This document shows, piece after piece, positions 56,380 through 64,000 of a stretch of 64,000 bases of DNA. A model generated the notes under the pieces. It had not been told where the DNA came from. It saw only the letters and a program-made list of their open reading frames with translations, and ran no database searches. Numbering within the stretch: position 1 is the stretch's first letter; the number at the start of each line of letters is the position of its first letter. Source of the stretch: the human T2T-CHM13v2.0 reference genome, Homo sapiens. Position numbers and translations under genes: made by a program. The stretch lies in assembly GCF_009914755.1 (NCBI RefSeq), contig NC_060948.1; one strand, written 5' to 3'.

Positions 56380-59300
56380 GGGATGGGCCCAAAAGTAATG
56401 GACTCAAATAAAAGGGACTCAAATAGAATGAATTGGAAAGAAACGGTCTCGAATGTAATTCATTCGAATGGAATGATATTGAATGGAATGCAATAGTATG
56501 GAATGGTATTGAATAGAATGGAATAGAATGGAATGGAATGGAACGGAATGGAGTGCATTTGAACGGACTCAAATGCAATAAATTGCAATATAATTGATTC
56601 AAATGGAATGGAATCGAATACAATGTAAACAAACGGAATGGAAGGCAATGCAATGGCAAGGAATCGAATGAAATGGAATAAATGGAATGGAATCGAATGG
56701 AAAGGACGCGAATATAATGGACTGTTAAGGAAAGGTCTCGAATCGAATTTATTCCAATAGAATGGAATCGAAAGGAATGCAATACTATTGAATCGAATCG
56801 AATGGAATGGAATTCAATGGAATGGACAGGAATGGAATGAACTGGAAGTGAATGGACAAGAACGTAATATATTGCAATGTAATGTATTCAAATGGAATGG
56901 AATGCAATCGAATGGAATTGACTCGATTGGAATGGACTGGAGTGGAATGGACTCAAATGGAATGTATTCGAATGTAATGGACCTGAAAGGAATGGAATCC
57001 AATGGAATGGAATTGAATGGAATCAAAAGGAATAGAATGGAATAGAGTGTCATTGAATGATATCGAATGGAAGGGAATGGAATGAAATCGAATGGAATGC
57101 ACTGGAATGGAATGGACTCGATCAGAACGGACTGTAGCGGCATGTACACAAATCAAATGGAAACGAATGGAATGGAATGAAATGGAATGAAATGGAATTG
57201 AAAGGAACGGAATGGAATGGAATGGAATGGAATGGATTGGAATAAAATGGAGTAAAATAAAATAGAATCGATTGGAATGGTATTGAATGGAGGGGAATTG
57301 AATGGAATGGAAAGCAATGGAAGATATTGGAATCGAATGGCATCGAATGAAATGGAATGGAACGGAATGGAACGGACCCGAATGGAATGGAATGGACTCA
57401 AATGTAATGGACTCGAAAGGAATCGAATGAAATATAATAGACTCGAAAAGAATGGCCTCCAGCGGAATTTATTTGAATAGAATGGAGTGAAATGGAATAC
57501 AATAGTATTGAATGGAATAGAATGGAATGGAATCGAATGGAATGTAATCCAATGGAATGGAACGGAATTCAATATAATGGAATAGAATGGAATGCATTGG
57601 AAAGGAGCAGAGTGGAATCGAGTGGAATGGAATCGAAAGGAATGGAATCAAAGGGAAAGAAATGGAATTGAATGGACTTGAATGGAATTGAGTCGAAAGG
57701 AATTGACTCGAAAGGAATGGACTGGAACAAAAAGGAATCAAATGGACAGGAATGGAATGGAATGGAATGGAATGGACTGGAATAGAATGGAGTCAAATGC
57801 AAACGCATCGAATGGAATGGATTGAAATGGAATGCAATTGAATGGAATAGAAAGGAAGAGAATGGAATTGAGAGTAATGGAAAGATATGGATTGGAATGA
57901 AATGGAATGGAAAGGAATTGAATGTTAAGGAATGGACTCGGAAGAAATGGATTGGAATTTAATGGTCTCCAATGGAATGGACTGGAGTGGAACGGAATCG
58001 AATGGAATGAAAAGAATGGAACGGAATGGAACGGAAAGGAATAGAATGTTATGGAATCCGATTGGACCGAATGGAATGGAATGGAGTTTCATGAAATGGA
58101 GTCGAATAGAGTGGCATCAAAAGGAATGTAATGGAACGGAGTGGACTCCAAAGGAATGGACTCGAAAGGAATGGAGACGAACCAAATTGAATCCAATGGA
58201 TTGGAGTCGAACAGAATGGAATGGAATGGAATGAATTCGACTGGAGTGGAGAGGAATGTAAAGGAATAGAATGGAATGTAATCAAATGGATTGCAACTGA
58301 ATGGAATCAAAAATAATAGAAAGGAATGGAGTGTAAAGGGATGATATTGAATATAATGGAATGGAATGGAATTCAATGGAATGGAGTCGAAGGAATGGAA
58401 AGGAATGTAATGGACTCCAATGGAATGGAATGGATGAAAATGGATTTGAACAGATTGGAATCGAACGGAATGGAATGCAATGGAATGGAATGGATTCGAA
58501 TGGAGAAGAGACAAATGGAATGGAAACGAATTCAATGGAATTGAAAAGAATAGAATGGAATGGCGTGTAATGGTAAGATACTAAATGGAATGGAATGGAA
58601 TGGAATGGAATGGATTGGAATGGACCCAAATGTAATGCCCTTGAATGGAATATACTCAAATAGAATGGAATCGAAAGGAAAGGTCTCAAATGGAATTTAT
58701 TCAATACAATGGAATCGAATGGAATGCAATAGAATGGAATGGAATCGAATGTAATGGAATCAAATAGAATGGACCAGAATGGAATGGACTGCCATAGAAC
58801 GGACTGCAGTGTAATGGATTGAATTCTAATTCATTCAAATGGAATGGAATTGAATGGAATGGAATCCAATGGAATGGATAGGATTGTACTGGATTGGAAT
58901 AGCATGGAATGCAACGGAGTGGAATGGAGTTGAATGAAGTGGAATGGAATCGATTGGAATGGAATCAAATGGAATGGACGGGAATGGAATGGACTGGAAG
59001 AGAACAGACTCGAATATAATGGATTGCAATGTAATTGATTCAAATGGAATGGAATCGAATGGAATGTAATAAAATTGAAGGGATTGGAGTTCAATGCAAA
59101 GGAAAAGAATAGAATGCAAAGGAATGGAAAGGAATGGAGTTAAATCGAATGTAATGGAATCGAATGGAATGAAATCGAATGGAATGGACTCAAAAGAAAT
59201 GGACGAGGGACAAAACTGAATCGAACTGATTGGAATGGAACGGAACGGAATGGAATGGAATGGTCTCCATTGGATCGGAGTAGAACGGATTGGAATGGAA

Positions 59301-61380
59301 TGGAATGAAATGGAATGGAAAGGAATAGAATGGAATGGAATGGAATGGAATGGAAGGTAATGGAAAGATAACGAACGGATTGGAAAGGAATGCAATGGAC
59401 CCTAATGGAATGGAATGGAATTCAACAGAAACCAATGGAATGGACTGGAGTGAAATGGAGTCGAATGTAATTGACTGGAGTGGAATGGACTCGAAAGGAA
59501 TGGACTCGAATAGAATGGACTGGAATGGATTGTGTTCGAATGGAGTGGAAAGGAATAAAATGGATTCCACCAGATTGGAATGGAACAGAATGGAATGGAA
59601 TGGAATGGAATGCAATGGAACGGATTGACTGGAATGGAGTCGAATGCAATGGAATAGAAAGGAAAGGAATTGAATGGAATTGAAAGTAATAGATTTAAAT
59701 GGAGTGCAAAGGAAAGATGTCGAATGGAATGGATCGAAAAGAAATAGAATGGAATGGACAGGAATGGAATGGAATAGAATGGAATAGACTGGCGTGCAAT
59801 GAAAACGAATGGAATGGAATGGAAAGGAATGGAGTAGAATAAATACTATGGAATGGAATGGAATGGAATGGAATGGAATGGAATGGAGGCGAAAGGAAAA
59901 GAATGGATTGGAATGTCACCGAATGGAAAGATAAGGAATGGAAAGGAGTGGATACGAATGGAATGGAATAGAAAGGAACAGAAAGGTAAAGAATGGAATG
60001 GAATCGGATAGAATGGAATGCAATGTAATGGAGTCGAATGGAAAATAATCGAGTAGAATGATATTGAATGGAATGGAATTTAATGGAATGGAATGGAATG
60101 GAATGGACTCGAATGGAATGTACTCAAATGGATTAGAATAGAATGGAATGGAACTAAACGTAATGAACTCGAATGGAATGGACACAAATAGAATGGAAGA
60201 GAAAGGAATGGTATTGAATGGAATTTATTCGAATAGAATGCAATTCAATGGAATGCAACAGTGTGGCATGGAATCAAATGGAATGGAATCGAATGGAATG
60301 GACCCGAGTGGAATGGACTCACATAGAACAGCCTGGAATGTAATGGATGACAGTGTATTAGATTCGAAAGGACTGAAATCGAATGGAATGTAATCAAATA
60401 GAACGGAATTGAATGCATGGAATGGCATAGAAAGTAATGCAATGGAATGGAATAGACTGGAATGGAATGGAATCGGATGGAATGTAATGAAATGTAATGG
60501 AAGGAATGCCATGGAATGGAATGGAATGGAATGCAATGGCCCGGTGTATAATGGAGTGCAATGGAATTCAGTGGAATGTAGTCAACAGGAATGAAATAGA
60601 ATGGAATTCAATATAAGGGAATGGCATCCAATGGCAGGGAATGGCATCCAATGGCAAGGAATGGAGTGGACTCCAATGGAAACAACATGAAAGGAATATA
60701 ATATAATGGAATGGCATTGAACGATATGGAATGCAATGGAGTTAAAAGGTAAGATATCAAATGGAAAAGAATTGAATGGACTCGAATGGAATATAACGGA
60801 ATGGAATGGACTCGAATGGAATGTACTAGAGTTGAATGGAATGGAATGGAATGGAAAACAATGGAAAGGAAAGGAAGGGAATTGAAAGGAAAGGAATAGA
60901 ATGGAATGGAATCGGATAGAACGGAATTGAATGGAATGGAAACTAAAGGAATAGCATAGAAAGGAATGGCATTGAATGGAATGGAATGGAATGGAATCAG
61001 ATGGAACAGAAAGGAATGGAATAGAATCGAATGGTATGGCATCGAATGGATTGGAATGGAATGTAATGGAATGGAAAGGAATGGAATGGACTCGAATGGA
61101 ATGTACTCAAATGGAATAGAATAGAATGGAATGGAAGTAAATATAATGGACTCGAATGGAATGGATTGGAATAAATTGGAATTGAATGTATTGGATTCGA
61201 ATGGAAAGGAATGGAATGGAATGGAATGGATTCGAATGGAATGGAATCGAATGGAATGGAACGAATTGGAATGTAATTGAATGGCGTCGAAAACAGTAGA
61301 AAGAAATGAAGTTTAATCGAATGATATCGAATGGAATTGAATGGAATGTACGCGAATGGAATGGACTGGAATGGAATGGA

Positions 61381-63417
61381 CTCTATGGGAATGAAGAGGA
61401 GTGGAATGGACTCGAATGTCATGGAGACGATTGGAATGGAAAGGAATGCAAAGGAATGGAATGGAATGGAATCTGATGCATCGCCATGGAATGGAATGGG
61501 GTCGAATGGAATAGAATCGAAAGGAATGGCATCCAATGGAATGGAAACGAATTGAATGGAATGGCATGGAATGGAATGGAAAGGAATATAATGGAAAGGA
61601 ATCGGATGGAACGGAATGGAATGTAAAGGAGTCGAATGGAATAGAATCTAATAGAATTGCATTGATAGGAATGGAATCGAACTTACTCGAAAGGATTGGA
61701 GCCTAACAGAAGAGAATCGAACAGAATAGCATCAAATGGAATGGAAATGAATGGAATGGAATGGAATGGAATGGAATGGAATGGAATGGAATGGACACAC
61801 ATGTAATGGACTTGAATGGAATGGAATCAAATAGAATGGACGCGAATGGAATGTTCTCGAATGGAATTTATGAAAATAGAATGGAATCGAAAGTCATTGA
61901 ACATTATGGAATGGAATCAAATGGAATTAAATCGAATGGAAGGAACCGGAATGGAATGTACTGGAATAGAACGGACTCGAATGTTACGGAAAGAAAAGTA
62001 AGTGATTCGGATGTCTTTTAATTGAATGGAAAGAAATCAAATGGAATGGAAAGGAATAAAATGGAATGGAATGAAATAGAATGCAATAGAATGGAAGTGA
62101 GTGGAGTCGAGTTGAATGGAATCGAATTGAATGGAATAGAATGGAATAGAATCAAATGGAATGGACTCGAATGCAATGGAACCGAATGGAATGGACTGGA
62201 ACAAAATGGAATCGAACGTATTGGAATGGAAAGGAATGGAAAGGAATTGAATGCAACGGAAAGCAATGGAATCGAATGTAATGGAGTCGTATGTAGTGGA
62301 GTCGAATGGAATGGAATCAAATGGAAGGAAAAGAATACAATCGAATGGAATAGAATAGAATGCAACAGAATGAAACGGAGTGGAATCGAGTGGAATGGAA
62401 TAGAATTGAATGGAATGGAAAGGAATGGAATCGAATGGAATGGATCCGAGTGGAATGGATCCGAATGGAATGGAATGGAACAAAATGGAATTGAACAGAT
62501 TAGAATCGAATGGATCCGAATCGAATGGAATGGAATAGAATGGAATGGAATGGAATGGAATGGAATGGAATGGAATGGAATGGAATGGAATGGACCCAAA
62601 TGTGATGAACTCTAATGAAATGGACTTTAATAGAATGGATTAGAAAACAATGGGCTCGAATGGAATTTAATCAAGTCGAATTTAATGGAATGGAATGGAA
62701 TGCAAAACTATGGAATAGCATCAAATGGAATGGAACAGAATAGAGTGGAATGGAATGGAATACACAGGAATAGAACAGACTCGAATGTAATGGATTGCAA
62801 TGTAAGTGATTCAAAGGGAATGGAATCAAATGGAATATAATCAAATGGAATGGAATGGAGTGCATTGGAATGGAATAAAATGGAATGCAAACAATGGTAC
62901 AGAACTCATTTGAATCTAGAGGAGTGGAATCGAATGCAATGGGAAAGAATGGAATGGACACGAATGGAATGGATTGGAAACAAATGGAATGGAAAGGATT
63001 TTAATCATACAGAACAAAATAGAATGCAATGGACTCGAATGAAATGGAGTCGAAGAGAATAGTATCAAATGGAAAGGAATGGAATGTAATCGAATCGAAT
63101 GGAATGTTAATGAAATTAATTGAAAGGAATAGAATGGAATGAAGTGTAATGGAAAGATATCGAATTGAATGGAATTGAATGGAATGGACACAAACGGAAT
63201 GGACTGGAATGGAATGAACTGGAAAGGAATGGAATGGAGCGGAACGGACTCGAGTGCAATGGAATCGAATGGTATAGAATAGAATGGAATGGAATGGAAA
63301 GGAATAGAAGGGAATGGAATCGGATCCACGGGACAGATTGGAATGGGGTAGAATTGAATAGAATCGAATGGAATGGCATCGAATGTAATGGAATGGAATG
63401 GACTCGAATGGAATGGA
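61381..63417 (+). repeat. Long-unit-specific HSat3 module, copy 4 (2037 bp)
   Basis: Same start, end and internal markers. Confidence 0.9.
61848..61862. promoter_or_regulatory. Sequence match to a perfect three-unit heat-shock element (nGAAnnTTCnnGAAn)
   Basis: gGAAtgTTCtcGAAt. This is a motif match only; binding is not shown. Confidence 0.35.
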
Positions 63418-64000
63418 GTGACATGTAATGGAATCGAAAGGAATGGAATCGAATGAAATGGAATTGAATGGAATAGAAAGGAATAGAATGGAATGGAGTT
63501 TAATGGAAAGATATTAAAAGTAATGGAATGGAATTGAGTGGACACGAATGGAATGGACTGGAATGGAAAGGACTCGAATGAAATGGAGCGCATTAGAATG
63601 GACTCGAATGGAATGGATTGGAGTGGAATGGTCTCGAATGGATTGGAAACGAATGGAATGCAAAGGAATAGAATGGAATGTAATCAAATGGAACGAAATG
63701 GAATGGAATGGATTCGACTGGAACAGAATTGAATGGAGTGGAATTGATTGGAATGGAATGCAATCGAATGGAATGAACACGAATGGAATAGAATGAAATG
63801 AAATGGCATAGAATGGAATGGAATGGAATGGAATGGAATGGCATGGAATGGAATGGAATGGAATGGAATGGAATGGCATGGAATGTAATGGAATGGAATG
63901 AAATTGATTGGAATGGGATGGGCCCAAAAGTAATGGACTCAAATAAAAGGGACTCAAATAGAATGAATTGGAAAGAAACGGTCTCGAATGTAATTCATTC

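Larger units (their letters stand above)
56380..63914 (+). repeat. HOR unit 10 (long type, 7535 bp; carries a 110-bp deletion)
   Basis: Landmark to landmark. A partial unit 11 starts at 63915. Confidence 0.9.
1..64000 (+). repeat. Human Satellite 3 (HSat3 / satellite III)-type array: diverged (GGAAT)n, purine-rich strand on +, no inversion or interruption
   Basis: GGAAT pentamers run throughout, with typical variants (GGACTCGAAT, GAATCGAAT, GAATAGAAT, GGAGT). No CATTC-oriented block or non-satellite insertion was seen. The HSat2-type CATCATCGAATGGAAATGAAAGGAGTC 23/26-bp unit is absent. Confidence 0.96.
35378..64000 (+). repeat. Long-type higher-order repeat domain, period ~7.6 kb (about 3.8 units in window)
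   Basis: Landmark variant GGGATGGGCCCAAAAG at 41184, 48739, 56380 and 63915. Spacings from 33519 are 7665, 7555, 7641 and 7535. Each unit carries an extra ~2 kb module. Confidence 0.92.

Noticed and set aside
58-63796. Plus-strand MEWNG-repeat ORFs
   Set aside because: These are direct translations of (GGAAT)n with an ATG every 5 bp, and they carry no coding signal.
1-64000. CRISPR-like repeat/spacer array or prokaryotic system
   Set aside because: There are no unique spacers, constant 23-50 bp repeats or cas-like ORFs. The sequence is eukaryotic satellite throughout.
1-64000. Assignment to HSat2, DYZ1 (3.6 kb), chr15 1.8 kb HSat3 or a named chromosome
   Set aside because: The HSat2 unit is absent and the periods (5.56 and 7.6 kb) do not match those units. 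Assigning a subfamily or chromosome needs a database search I cannot run.

Overview
The whole 64 kb window is one uninterrupted, single-orientation array of diverged (GGAAT)n/(ATTCC)n satellite of the Human Satellite 3 (HSat3/SatIII) type, i.e. human or great-ape pericentromeric heterochromatin. I cannot assign a chromosome from the sequence alone. There are no credible genes, RNA genes, transposons or CRISPR arrays, and all listed ORFs are artefacts of the pentamer. The informative structure is higher-order. A landmark (GGGATG[TT/GG]CCCAAAAG) recurs at 175, 5735, 11295, 16860, 22423, 27972, 33519, 41184, 48739, 56380 and 63915. This defines six ~5.56 kb units followed by four ~7.6 kb units. 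The two unit types are colinear except for a ~2.0-2.1 kb module present only in the long units and bounded by a 27-bp near-perfect direct repeat. The window therefore captures the junction between two higher-order repeat (HOR) variants, one apparently derived from the other by a homology-mediated deletion. It also shows a mosaic boundary unit, a gradient of ancestral alleles toward the boundary, odd/even alternation suggesting an ~11.1 kb dimer, and one newly arisen perfect heat-shock element. All comparisons were made by eye and need alignment to confirm.
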